DNA of 64,000 bases. Source: a virus. Taxonomy: Duplodnaviria; Caudoviricetes. Where the stretch lies: IMG/VR virus record IMGVR_UViG_3300021431_000106, positions 1 through 64,000 of that record, one strand, 5' to 3'. Of this stretch, positions 54,818 to 64,000 are shown one piece after another. The notes under the pieces were generated by a model. That model searched no databases. It saw only the letters and a program-made list of their open reading frames with translations, and was not told the DNA's origin. Position 1 is the first letter of the stretch, and each line of letters begins with the position of its first letter. The position numbers were made by a program, and so were the translations under genes.

Positions 54818-55381
54818 TCAATCTTTGAAATGTGTGACTTTTCCCCTGTTATCTTTCAGATAGCCAAAGCCTATTGAATTGAGTCTGCGAAGCCATCCTT
54901 TCAAAAAAACCTTCTGATTCGGATTGTTTTTCACTATTGTATTGAAGAATTGTTCCCTCCTATTCTTGATAAGATTGAAAAATGCTTGAGGCTCTTTTGC
55001 ATTCAAAGCAGCCAACGTTTTCGGTCCTACAATTCCGTCCGCTGTCACACCAAGCAACTGCTGTGGAATCTTTATTCCATTTACGCCACTGCCCCAGACC
55101 CAATCCACAAGAATATTAGCGAGGGATTGGCTATTGATTTGGTCGGCTTTCCACCTGTTCCAATAATGAGGACGGAGAATGACGTTCACAGCGTCCTCGT
55201 CGGAGATGAGTTTCAGGTCATCAACGTCAATATCTCCGTCGCCGTCCTTGTCGTATCCCTGCTTCTTCCAAGTGGCAATCGTGACCCCTTTGTTGGTTTC
55301 TTCCCCCTTGTCATTAGGGTGGTTTACAAAACCACCTTCAAAAGAGAGGATAAACGGTGATAAAATTTTAATGTCTGCCAT
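54818..55381 (-). CDS. endolysin, glycoside hydrolase family 108 with PG-binding domain
   Basis: [21 protein letters not shown]; DWVWGSG; DGIVGPKTL; FLKGWLRRL. Confidence 0.9.
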   Translation of the reverse strand: MADIKILSPFILSFEGGFVNHPNDKGEETNKGVTIATWKKQGYDKDGDGDIDVDDLKLISDEDAVNVILRPHYWNRWKADQINSQSLANILVDWVWGSGVNGIKIPQQLLGVTADGIVGPKTLAALNAKEPQAFFNLIKNRREQFFNTIVKNNPNQKVFLKGWLRRLNSIGFGYLKDNRGKVTHFKD

Positions 55382-55394
55382 AGCTTTGTTTTTT

Positions 55395-58300
55395 TTAGTC
55401 CATAAATATTCTTATTCCATTGCCGCCTTGCGGATGATTTGCTTTGACGACACTCCCAAGTAAGGAGTATATATTTTCCGTATCACGTGCGACTTTCCTG
55501 ATTTGCTGCAACATAGGATTTGATTCGGGACTTCCTGCTCCGACACCGAGTGCATTGGCTATGGCGGCGACATTGATGTCGATACTTGCCGTGTGCATAC
55601 GGACGCTGTTCCAATATGCCGCCAAAATGTCAGCCTGTTCTTCGGTCATACCGGATATAGCCTGTGCCAATCCGCTAAGCGAGCCGTAGGCGTCGCCGAA
55701 TCCCATAGTCTCATAGAACTCCCGCAATTGTTCGTTCAACTGCGGGAATATCTCGCTTGCCCGTTCCTTGATACGGTCAAGTTCCATTCTTGTCAGTAAT
55801 CCGTCATCCACGCTTTGGTCAATCATCGACATCAGCGGGTCGAGCATTTTGGCAGCGATACGCATCGTAGCCTGTTTTTCAAACCAAGACTGCAAGAACT
55901 CGTTAAAGTGGTCTTCCAATGCGTCGAGCCCGTCGCCAGTTTCCAAGAAAGCCGACCGCCACTCGCTGACAAATTCTTCCGCCCAAGAGCGGTAGTTGCC
56001 ACGACCACCGATTCCACCGAAAGTCTCCTGCATCTGGTTCTGCAAGTCCTCCAACTGGTCGTTGAGTTCATACAATGCCGACCGATAGCCGTCTACCTCC
56101 GATTGGTCTACATTTTTGCGTGACTGTGCCGCAGCCAACTGTGCCCGTGTAGCGGCAATCTGCTGATAGGTGTTCTGTATCTGTTTGTTGTAGGTGTTGA
56201 GATAGTCCGATGTTGTCACGGTCTTCGCTATCGCTTTCTCGAGGCGGTCGTAAGCCATAGAGAGTTCATCGATATACTCTTGCTCCTCCATGATTTCATT
56301 GTCAATTCTTGCTCCACGGAACAATCCAATCTGATTAACGACCTGTAAAAGTACACCGAGTAAACGGAGGGCGAGTTTTATGTAGTTACCCGTCATCAAA
56401 TCTTCTCCCGCACCTGCTATTGCTTCCGCTTGAATTTTTGCTTCTTTGAATTGCTTGATGGCTTCTATGGTTTCTTGTACATAACTGAAAGCAGCATCTG
56501 TTGCTTGTTCCCAATAATCGCTTAACGGGTTCTGCTCGACGCCCAAAGTATGCAGCATGTCTGCGGTATTTTTTCCAATACTCTGTATGATGGACAAATA
56601 GTTTTTGACTTCTTCCAAAGCCTTTATCTCTGCTTGACGCATTAACTTCCAGTATTTAAGAATCTCGCCTATATTCTTCATCTCTTCCTCACTAAGCCCC
56701 ATAGCATCCAACTCTTCTTTGGACATAGATAAAAGGTCTTTTAAAGACTTGTCTTTAAACTCGGAATTTGCCAACTTTTTACTGATAGATTGATACTGAG
56801 TAAGCAAATCAATCTGCTTTTGATATTGGTCGGACAAACCAGAATAAATATTGATATTCCTTAATGTGTTATCGTACTCGATTTCGTTTTCTTTTGTACG
56901 TATACCCAAAAGTTTTAAATGCTCTTGCTCGTCCTTTAAGTTTTGTTGTGCTGATTTTTGACGTTTACGCAAATCTTCAACCTCTTCGTATCGAACATCT
57001 CCAAGTTGTTCTGATATATCTTTGAGTTTTTGCTTGTCTGCTATCTCTTGTTCCAGTTGTTCGTGAAGTTTACGATGCTCCTCATATTCTTTCTTTGCAT
57101 TCGCATCTCGTTCAAATGCCTCGGAAATATCCAGTACTCCATTCTCGTTCATTGCTCCTCTCGCTTGTTTTCTGAGTTCCCTCACTGCTTGGAACGGAGT
57201 CATACGACCGTAAATCGTCTCGTCAATTTTCTCCAAGGCGTTAATGACCTCTTTCAGTGCGCGTGGAGAAAGATTCTCCGCATTGTCTCGGACTTCAATC
57301 AGTTTCTTGCGCATCTCCTCCAATGCGGCGGTTCCCTGCTTGGTAAGGTCTTCCATCATCTCGACATATATCTCGCTGCCTTTGAAATCCTCCCAATCCT
57401 GCTTGGCGATGTTTTTCTCGTACTCCTTTCGCAGACCGTCCAAGATGCGTTGACGTGTTGTGTCGTCATAGGCTATCTCACTCTGAACCTCGGCGACCTT
57501 GCGAACATACTCCATCTCCAATTTGGCGCGGTCGCTCAACTGATATTCAAGATATTTTGAGTAGTCTTTCAATCTTTGCTGCTGCAACTTACGTTCCTCG
57601 TCATCTAGTTTCTTCAACCACTGCTCATACAGTTTGAGATTGTCGTCTGTCATCACGCCATTCTCATCAGTCAAATCCTTTGACAAATCCTCGAGTTTCT
57701 GACGCATAGCCGCAAGGTCTGTGTCGTCGATGTCGAACATATCTTTCAGCAGTCCGCTCGGCAATTGAAGTTTTTCGAGGTCGAGCGTCAGTTGGTAGTC
57801 GCCGAAAGCCTCCTCCATCTGTCGTCCGAAATCCTCGCGGATGCGGACTTGTGCATTGATGGTTATTTCTGTTTCAAGTTGGTCAATGTACTTTTGTACT
57901 TCTGCGGCAGCCTCGGGGCCTAACTTTGTGGCATATTCCTTTACCTTTTCAAGCGCAGCAATCATTCCTGCATTGGTAGTAAAGTCGTAGTCGGTTATAC
58001 CTGCCTTACCCAAAATCTCTTTAACCGACTGCTTATACGACTCTCTTACAGTTGCCTCACTCTTTGCATATCCATAGGCTGACTTGGAAAGTTTGTCGTA
58101 CTCTGCCCGCATTTCGCGGATAAGCGAAATTAATCTCGACGCGTTTTTCTTGGCTTTTGAGCCGTCATCATCTGTTATTATGTTTCCGGAAGTACCACCA
58201 CCTTTCTTGGGCGCCGCAAAGATATTTGGCATACCGCCCTCAGTCGGTAATGCCATTGGGAAACGCCATCCACCCGCTTCTACTTCTTCCATACCGACTT

Positions 58301-60707
58301 TCCACGCCTTAAAATAAGGGTCAATATAGTTTGTCTTTACTATATTGTTCCAAAAAGCCTGCATACCAGGCCCTTGCGCTTGCCCATTCTTTTCGAGAGA
58401 TTCTCTTAAAAATCTATAAATATCTACAACACCATCGTTTACATCTTTCTGTACCTTGTTTACATTGAGAGCATACCATTGTAGCGTGGAAAGTCCGGAT
58501 TTCTCTATCTCCTCTTTGTATGCTTCCTCTAATCCTTTCTCCAACTCATATCCAACATATTCACCTAATTTATTAAACTCGTCACCAAGTTTTTTCTCTG
58601 AACCCGATACATCGGAAATTCCTCTTAAATAATTTCTATAATAATCTACAAGAGGTTGGTATGTTCCTGCGGCGGGTTGCTTTCCATACGATGTAAATAT
58701 ATCATTATAAAGTAAATGCCTTAGTTCTATTAGTCTATCGTATGCCTTTTGCAAATCGTCTGGATTTATCTCCGAAATCTGCTTTAATATGTCATATTGA
58801 TTAGACCCCTCTGCACCTCTTTGCTTCAATTGCACCATTAAACTGCGAGCCTGTGCCCTTGCAGCAATAATTTGTTGCTGTTGATTAATATAAGCCTTGG
58901 ATAAATCCTGCGCATCTTCCGTCAAATTTTCGTCAAATATTGACGACTGCTTCATTAAGGTGTTAAGCGTTATTTGCCTTTCCAACTCCTCATTCTCTTT
59001 TTTAAGGGCGTCTGTAAGGTCAATAACGCCGTTCTTTTGCATTTCCATACCCTCTACAAGTTGAGGGTAATCGTTCTTTAGTTTAGATAATATCTCGGCA
59101 TTTTCTTCTCTTTTCTTTTTTAATTTCTCTTCGTTTCCAGTACTACCCTCTAATGCCTTATTGTTCCTTTTTATGGCATCTTGGTATCCCTCCAATCTCT
59201 CTTTTGTCTCAAACAGATTAAGATTCTGCTCGTCAATTTCAGCATTTACGGCTTCCATTCTCTTGTTGAGGTTGTACAACTCTGCTGCGAGAGATACAAC
59301 AGTCCCTATTACAAGCGTAAGCCAATTGCCTTTTAACGCAACTCCCAAGGCTTTGACCCCACCTGCAAGTTTCGTCATTCCTTTGCCAGCTGCAATTCCA
59401 GCAACATTAACCCCTGTTAGTGTAACGCCCAACTTTGTGAGACTTGCTATAATAGTGCCAAATGCAATCGACTTTATTGCAGCAGCCCAATATCTCCAGT
59501 TTTGTACAATGTTGTTTAATGCAGCGACGACATCTTTTAAAACGCCCTCATTCCCCTTACCTATACTGTTCAGCATTTGGTCGTAGGCGTCGTGTAGTTT
59601 ATTTATCTGACCTTTGACGGTCTGCGACTGAACGTATTGCATATTATAGAATATGCCGCCTTCATCTGTCATCCTTTTGAATATGGCTTCAACGTCTTCA
59701 AAAGTCACCATCCTCTTCTGAACCATATCCATAACCTGTGCGGTCGAAATCATTTCGCCTCTTGTCTTTGACAAGTATGTTGATAATTCACCGAGAATGT
59801 TCACGCCCGCCTCTGTGAACTGACGGATTTCAGACGCACGGAGATAGTTTGCAGCCTTCACCTGTCCATAAGCAAGGATAAGGCGTTGCATATCGACGCC
59901 AAGACCAGCCGACACATCTGCAAGTCGCTTGGTTGTGTCGAAGAGTTTGTCTGTCTCGATACGGTATGCAGCCAATTGCTTCGTGTATTTGGTCAACTGC
60001 ATAGCGGTAAACGGAGACTGCAATGCCGCCTGCATCGTCTTGTCCCAAATCTCGTCTGCGAGTTGCTTGTTCTGCAAGATAGAACGCATAGCAACCTGCT
60101 GCAACTCAAACTCGCCTCTCGTTTCGACAAGTTTCCTGCCGAAGTTCACAAGCCCCTGCACCGAGAAAGCGACGCCGAAAGCGGAGGCAAGGCGGCGGAG
60201 GGTGGGGAGCATAGATTCGATGGATGATTTCGCGTTTTTTGCAGACCTGCTAAAATTGTTTGCCGCCGATGCTCCATTATTATAAGCACTTGCAATATTT
60301 AAACGCGACAACGCCCCCATACCCCAATATGTAGATTGAGTAATCCTGTTTGTTAATGATTGAGATACTTGCTTACTACGGTTTATCGTGGTTAAAATAG
60401 AACCAAATGATGTAGACGACCTCGCTAAATCTTTCAACGCCTTACTCAACGCCTCTATTTCTTTTGGATTCCTGGCAGTTTGCATCAATTTTCTTATCTC
60501 CTCGGAAAGAGTTTTTATATTTGCTTGGGCATCAGTAACATCTTTTTTGATTTTACTTGTCTCTGTGCCCAAAAAACTTCTTGTACTCCTATTTGATGCT
60601 TTTTGATTTAATTCCGTATATGTATCCAATAGGTGCTTGAGTGAATTATCCGCGTTTTTAATCCACTGGTCGAGATTCTTTATCTGATTGCTGACGTTGT
60701 CTGCCAT
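55395..60707 (-). CDS. tape measure protein (1770 aa)
   Basis: TMP core ([11 protein letters not shown]..., [49 protein letters not shown]), long helical repeats. Confidence 0.9.
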   Translation of the reverse strand: MADNVSNQIKNLDQWIKNADNSLKHLLDTYTELNQKASNRSTRSFLGTETSKIKKDVTDAQANIKTLSEEIRKLMQTARNPKEIEALSKALKDLARSSTSFGSILTTINRSKQVSQSLTNRITQSTYWGMGALSRLNIASAYNNGASAANNFSRSAKNAKSSIESMLPTLRRLASAFGVAFSVQGLVNFGRKLVETRGEFELQQVAMRSILQNKQLADEIWDKTMQAALQSPFTAMQLTKYTKQLAAYRIETDKLFDTTKRLADVSAGLGVDMQRLILAYGQVKAANYLRASEIRQFTEAGVNILGELSTYLSKTRGEMISTAQVMDMVQKRMVTFEDVEAIFKRMTDEGGIFYNMQYVQSQTVKGQINKLHDAYDQMLNSIGKGNEGVLKDVVAALNNIVQNWRYWAAAIKSIAFGTIIASLTKLGVTLTGVNVAGIAAGKGMTKLAGGVKALGVALKGNWLTLVIGTVVSLAAELYNLNKRMEAVNAEIDEQNLNLFETKERLEGYQDAIKRNNKALEGSTGNEEKLKKKREENAEILSKLKNDYPQLVEGMEMQKNGVIDLTDALKKENEELERQITLNTLMKQSSIFDENLTEDAQDLSKAYINQQQQIIAARAQARSLMVQLKQRGAEGSNQYDILKQISEINPDDLQKAYDRLIELRHLLYNDIFTSYGKQPAAGTYQPLVDYYRNYLRGISDVSGSEKKLGDEFNKLGEYVGYELEKGLEEAYKEEIEKSGLSTLQWYALNVNKVQKDVNDGVVDIYRFLRESLEKNGQAQGPGMQAFWNNIVKTNYIDPYFKAWKVGMEEVEAGGWRFPMALPTEGGMPNIFAAPKKGGGTSGNIITDDDGSKAKKNASRLISLIREMRAEYDKLSKSAYGYAKSEATVRESYKQSVKEILGKAGITDYDFTTNAGMIAALEKVKEYATKLGPEAAAEVQKYIDQLETEITINAQVRIREDFGRQMEEAFGDYQLTLDLEKLQLPSGLLKDMFDIDDTDLAAMRQKLEDLSKDLTDENGVMTDDNLKLYEQWLKKLDDEERKLQQQRLKDYSKYLEYQLSDRAKLEMEYVRKVAEVQSEIAYDDTTRQRILDGLRKEYEKNIAKQDWEDFKGSEIYVEMMEDLTKQGTAALEEMRKKLIEVRDNAENLSPRALKEVINALEKIDETIYGRMTPFQAVRELRKQARGAMNENGVLDISEAFERDANAKKEYEEHRKLHEQLEQEIADKQKLKDISEQLGDVRYEEVEDLRKRQKSAQQNLKDEQEHLKLLGIRTKENEIEYDNTLRNINIYSGLSDQYQKQIDLLTQYQSISKKLANSEFKDKSLKDLLSMSKEELDAMGLSEEEMKNIGEILKYWKLMRQAEIKALEEVKNYLSIIQSIGKNTADMLHTLGVEQNPLSDYWEQATDAAFSYVQETIEAIKQFKEAKIQAEAIAGAGEDLMTGNYIKLALRLLGVLLQVVNQIGLFRGARIDNEIMEEQEYIDELSMAYDRLEKAIAKTVTTSDYLNTYNKQIQNTYQQIAATRAQLAAAQSRKNVDQSEVDGYRSALYELNDQLEDLQNQMQETFGGIGGRGNYRSWAEEFVSEWRSAFLETGDGLDALEDHFNEFLQSWFEKQATMRIAAKMLDPLMSMIDQSVDDGLLTRMELDRIKERASEIFPQLNEQLREFYETMGFGDAYGSLSGLAQAISGMTEEQADILAAYWNSVRMHTASIDINVAAIANALGVGAGSPESNPMLQQIRKVARDTENIYSLLGSVVKANHPQGGNGIRIFMD

Positions 60708-60726
60708 ATCGGTATATCTTTATGAT

Positions 60727-61074
60727 TTATTGTTCGTTAGGAAATTTTATTTTAACCCCAAGGTCGTTGTTCAACTCTTCCACGCTCATATTGTTCACAT
60801 CGACGTTCTTCACGCCTCTGTTCTTCGCTTCATTCTCGCTGAGGTAATTGACATGGGAGTTGTCCATGCCCATTATCTTTATCATCGGTATGCTGTACTT
60901 CCAAAGGTAATCCTCCATCGTCATAAACGGGTTGGCTTTGAGGAAGTCCACCATGTCTCCAATCTCGCTTACGGAGCGTACTACTTCTGTCCTGCTTTCT
61001 TTATCCTCGTCCTCTTCTTCTCCGTAACGCTCGCTCTGAATATCTGGAGCATACCCAGAGCCTCCATAAAAAAA
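60727..61074 (-). CDS. tail assembly chaperone extension (GT-like, possible -1 frameshift product)
   Basis: Frame -1 relative to 60981..61526 and open from a T TTT TTT run at 61068-61074; MVDFLKANPFMT...IPMIKIMGMDNSHVNYL. Confidence 0.55.
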   Translation of the reverse strand, partial: FFYGGSGYAPDIQSERYGEEEDEDKESRTEVVRSVSEIGDMVDFLKANPFMTMEDYLWKYSIPMIKIMGMDNSHVNYLSENEAKNRGVKNVDVNNMSVEELNNDLGVKIKFPNEQ

Positions 61075-61526
61075 CTGACATCCACCATCTGCAAACAGTC
61101 GAGCATAATCTTCGCAAGGTCTTCGCGCTCCGCCTCCCAAAGGACGGTGTTATAGGTCTTGTTGAAGAGTTTGCTAAACCCTTGGTTGGGGTCACCGTTC
61201 TGATAGATGCTGTTCTTGTCGTTGAGCAGGGCAAGCGTCAGCACCTTGCAGGTGGCAGGTATCTGAGCAAGCATACCTTTCAGAACATCGCCGTAGGTGG
61301 CACTCTCCGCTTGGTTGATTTTGCAAACCTCTTCGACTATAAGGTACTGCGTACCGAAGCGTAACGGGCGCATCTCCCATTCTGTCCCATCGAGTTTCTC
61401 TATCGACGGAGCGTCGGCAAGTATCTCGGCAAGGCGGTTCTGTGCCTCTTCGCTGACAAGAAGTTCCTTCCTCTGCTGCTCTTTTAATTTCTCCTTAACG
61501 TTTGATTTTGCTTTAATTATAGCCAT
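60981..61526 (-). CDS. tail assembly chaperone
   Basis: Position between tail tube and TMP; acidic helical protein; TATCTTTG box (reverse complement 61549-61556) upstream. Confidence 0.7.
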   Translation of the reverse strand: MAIIKAKSNVKEKLKEQQRKELLVSEEAQNRLAEILADAPSIEKLDGTEWEMRPLRFGTQYLIVEEVCKINQAESATYGDVLKGMLAQIPATCKVLTLALLNDKNSIYQNGDPNQGFSKLFNKTYNTVLWEAEREDLAKIMLDCLQMVDVSFFMEALGMLQIFRASVTEKKRTRIKKAGQK

Positions 61527-61571
61527 TAATCTAAAGTTTTTGTTTAAGCAAAGATACTAAAAAAAACATTA

Positions 61572-62309
61572 CTATTCGGATATTATCATAGAACCTGTCT
61601 CTGTATCAAAACAAACAACCTCGTCTTTCTCGTACATAGACATATATGTCAGGTCATTGTCCTTGTGATGAAGCACACCGAAATCTGAATCGTTGGGAAC
61701 AAACAACAACGGTGTACGAGGAAAATAAGTGCTCGTTTCACCGTCATCAAACAAAAACAACTGCTCTTCCGACTCCCTAACACATATCTGCGTTGACATC
61801 GGTGTGCCTTGTATTTTGTTTTGTGCTATGCCTGTCCTTAACGAGGCAATGCTCATACCGCTCGACAAGAGTATACGGGGCATTACAATACGAGGCATAT
61901 CGTCGTTCTCGAACGCAATCTGTATACAGCAATATATTGTTCGGAAGTCGGAAGGCATAGCAACGACTCCTTCCACGTCCTTTCCGTTGCTGTTGCGAGC
62001 CGTTTTTGCACTGAACAACTGCCGTAAAACGGAATTCTGCATATCAAGGCAATCGGCACTGAATTGCCACTTCCCCATAGTGGTATTCTCTATAACAGGT
62101 ATCGGAGAAAATTCGTTTTCGATAGATTCTGTATCGTTGCTCTCCTGTGTGATTTTTATAGTGTCCCCTATAATCGCAAAAATGTCGTAGGTGTCCGGCC
62201 CTAAATAATACTTCGCATCGGCAGAGTCATAGTAAAAAGGCGTCACTAACATCGTTTTTGCTTTTTTTAAAAATCTTTTGCCGTTCCTTGTGAATACAAT
62301 ATTTGACAT
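61572..62309 (-). CDS. second tail-tube-like protein (paralog)
   Basis: Start MSNIVF at 62309; YDIFAIIGDTIKITQE...ENEFSPIPVIENTTMG aligns with YDVFSIVGDTFSVTQD...PHEFSDTPLDENTSMG. Confidence 0.7.
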   Translation of the reverse strand: MSNIVFTRNGKRFLKKAKTMLVTPFYYDSADAKYYLGPDTYDIFAIIGDTIKITQESNDTESIENEFSPIPVIENTTMGKWQFSADCLDMQNSVLRQLFSAKTARNSNGKDVEGVVAMPSDFRTIYCCIQIAFENDDMPRIVMPRILLSSGMSIASLRTGIAQNKIQGTPMSTQICVRESEEQLFLFDDGETSTYFPRTPLLFVPNDSDFGVLHHKDNDLTYMSMYEKDEVVCFDTETGSMIISE

Positions 62310-62333
62310 ACAATCATTTTTATTTTTTAGAAA

Positions 62334-62364
62334 GAAAGGGAACGGTACTCGACCATTCCCTTTC
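62334..62364 (-). terminator. intrinsic terminator after the major tail tube gene
   Basis: gaaagggaacgg/ccattccctttc stem followed on the minus strand by tttcttt. Confidence 0.6.
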
Positions 62365-62391
62365 CCATTTGAGTTTGAGTTTGACTGCCGA

Positions 62392-63051
62392 TTAGGAAGC
62401 GGCGGCGATGTCGGTCTCGGTAGAGCCACTCTTGACGGTGATGGTCGTGCCACCAGTCATAGTAGAACCGCTCACGGTGCCGCCGACAGTGTATGCCACG
62501 CCAGCGGGGACGTGCAGACGAGGAGTGTCGACGATTGCTTCACCCAGCTTGACGTCGGTGTTGTACAAGGTGCCGCTGAGTTCGCCACGGGCGATGTCGG
62601 AACGCAGGTTCTCGAACACAGCCTTCGAGTTCATCTTCACCTTCGGGAAGACAACAACCTTGTCGGCGAACTCCAACTGCACAAGGCAGTAAAGGTCTTT
62701 GTACTCGGCGGGAAACGAAATGACGTCCTTTGCCGATTCGCCAGTGCCGATGGTTGTCTTGGTGCAGCCGAACAACTGGACAAGCAGGTCGTCGTCGAAG
62801 TCGAGGCACTGCATGGTCAGCGTAGCCGTACCCATAGAAGTGTTCTCGTCGAGCGGCGTGTCGCTGAACTCATGGGGAATCTCGGTGGTGTCGGGGTCAT
62901 CCTGCGTCACAGAGAAAGTGTCGCCGACAATCGAAAAGACATCGTAACCTGTAGTTCCGATGGTGTCACCGTCAGTCCAAGGGACGAAGATAACGCCAGT
63001 AGGGTCGCTATAGCGAGCCTCTACGTTTTTGATTTTAGTTGCGTTTGCCAT
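62392..63051 (-). CDS. major tail tube protein
   Basis: Position after the tail completion gene; acidic beta-rich; strong C/G-ending codon bias; terminator downstream. Confidence 0.75.
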   Translation of the reverse strand: MANATKIKNVEARYSDPTGVIFVPWTDGDTIGTTGYDVFSIVGDTFSVTQDDPDTTEIPHEFSDTPLDENTSMGTATLTMQCLDFDDDLLVQLFGCTKTTIGTGESAKDVISFPAEYKDLYCLVQLEFADKVVVFPKVKMNSKAVFENLRSDIARGELSGTLYNTDVKLGEAIVDTPRLHVPAGVAYTVGGTVSGSTMTGGTTITVKSGSTETDIAAAS

Positions 63052-63073
63052 AATTTATGATTTTTAAGTTTTG

Positions 63074-63472
63074 TTAATTAATGATTAAATTGAAGTAGAC
63101 GAAATTGCGGTGCCACTGCAATGTCGTGTCGTAGTCGGCACCATTGGACAGGCGGTTCACGGAGTAGTGAGCATCAGAGATACTGTCAAGCACGTCGCAT
63201 AATTTATTCTCCATCTGTGCGAGAAGCGGGACGTTCTTTGTACCGTCGGGGTTGGGTCTCGCATAAAGGAAAATGTAGACTGTCGCACTGCTGTACGGGC
63301 CGTAGTCAGTCATCGGCAGGTCGCAGTCTATAAGCACCATATCGTTCCAGTCGCCGCCCGTCGTAGAGGGCAGCGTTCCTGCGAAAACGTGGTCTGATAC
63401 CTTGCCCCACAAGGCTTGGTACAGGTACTCTTCGACGTTCGACGTGTTTGCGTATTTGTTTACTTCGTTCAT
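63074..63472 (-). CDS. tail completion/terminator protein
   Basis: Position; VFAGTLP...WNDMVLIDC...LYARP pattern. Confidence 0.6.
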   Translation of the reverse strand: MNEVNKYANTSNVEEYLYQALWGKVSDHVFAGTLPSTTGGDWNDMVLIDCDLPMTDYGPYSSATVYIFLYARPNPDGTKNVPLLAQMENKLCDVLDSISDAHYSVNRLSNGADYDTTLQWHRNFVYFNLIIN

Positions 63473-64000
63473 TAGTCAAAAATATATCCGTATTTAGTGC
63501 TTTTGTGTGATGTTCTTAATGGTGCTGCCATTGCCTCTAATTGTGGACGGATGCCCTCCATAACTCTGATTGGGGCAAAACTTCTCTTTTCAAGAAATAC
63601 TGCATACGGCATAGTTGTGGCGTACACAACTGTAAAACCTCGGCTTCCTTCTTTTAGCCTGTATTCTTGCAAAAACGATTGAGACCTTTGGGCGGGGTCT
63701 GGATGGTATCCGTGAGAAATACTTACATTCATTAGGCGTTGTACATCCACTTCAGTCATTCCTATTGACTCTTCGTATTCTGTAGGCTCCATTCCGTCTT
63801 GCTTGCCTCCTGTAAAACGATACATTCTGCGGAGTTTTCCATTTCGGAAAATCCCAAAACAAGAACTACGAATAAGGTCTCCTGTCCTATTTTTGTAGCC
63901 TCTTGTAACTGTTTTCCCAGAGGCATCATCGTATGGCAGTGACGCTAACAAACGACCAAATCTTCTTGAAATAATCTGATAAATACCTGGATGCTGCGAG
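63472..64000 (-). CDS. HK97 gp10-like neck/tail protein (5'-truncated by window)
   Basis: GYKNRTGDLIRSS...FTVVYATTMPYAVFLEK; frame is open to the window edge. Confidence 0.6.
   Translation of the reverse strand, partial: SQHPGIYQIISRRFGRLLASLPYDDASGKTVTRGYKNRTGDLIRSSCFGIFRNGKLRRMYRFTGGKQDGMEPTEYEESIGMTEVDVQRLMNVSISHGYHPDPAQRSQSFLQEYRLKEGSRGFTVVYATTMPYAVFLEKRSFAPIRVMEGIRPQLEAMAAPLRTSHKSTKYGYIFD

Noticed and set aside
62310-62453. N-terminal extension of ORF 61572..62453
   Set aside because: It overlaps the tail tube gene and its terminator and is low-complexity; ATG at 62309 fits the paralog alignment.
1-64000. CRISPR array
   Set aside because: No run of equal-length repeats with unique spacers was found. 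The KGE repeats are separated by whole genes and the ncRNA motifs occur only twice.
1-64000. Genome-wide stop-codon reassignment (TGA or TAG)
   Set aside because: Long genes are intact in code 11, and many genes end in TGA or TAG with tight coupling to the next start (e.g. 8472, 8694, 10155, 24827). Only two internal TGAs were found.
1-64000. Integrase, att site or repressor indicating a prophage
   Set aside because: No recombinase or host genes are in the window, so lifestyle cannot be determined from this segment.

Overview
This 64 kb window is part of a tailed dsDNA phage genome (Caudoviricetes, long-tailed/siphovirus-like). The host is very likely Bacteroidales: several TTTG-N19/20-TAnnTTTG promoters, mostly A-rich non-SD leaders, and DUF3127/HU/GH108-type genes. 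The + strand (0.36-37.6 kb) carries a long array of small early genes, then replication, recombination and methylation genes (AAA ATPase, SbcC/Rad50-like ATPase, RecT, MBL-fold nuclease, DNA MTases, HNH endonucleases, SSB-like, HU). The - strand (37.6-64 kb) carries an unexplained gene cassette, tail fibre/tip genes, a lysis cassette, tape measure, chaperone, two tail-tube paralogs and neck genes. No capsid, terminase, integrase, reverse transcriptase or CRISPR array was found in the window. Main observations: (1) many structured non-coding RNAs, including a ~880-nt ornate RNA candidate (860-1740), a ~200-nt RNA with tRNA-like ends (20318-20522), an array of degenerate tRNA-like cloverleafs with a duplicated motif (30695-31210) and a ~450-nt promoter-driven RNA (33853-34300); (2) an in-frame TGA at the metal-binding motif of the MBL nuclease, ~1.2 kb downstream of a tRNA-like element displaying UCA; (3) a DGR-type variable repeat in the middle of a tail fibre, with no TR or RT in view; (4) a cassette built around a Gly/Asn/Tyr-rich coiled-coil CCC protein; (5) an HNH gene sitting inside the N- and C-terminal remnants of a methyltransferase. 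All family assignments come from motif recognition by eye and all RNA helices were paired by hand; no searches or folding programs were run.
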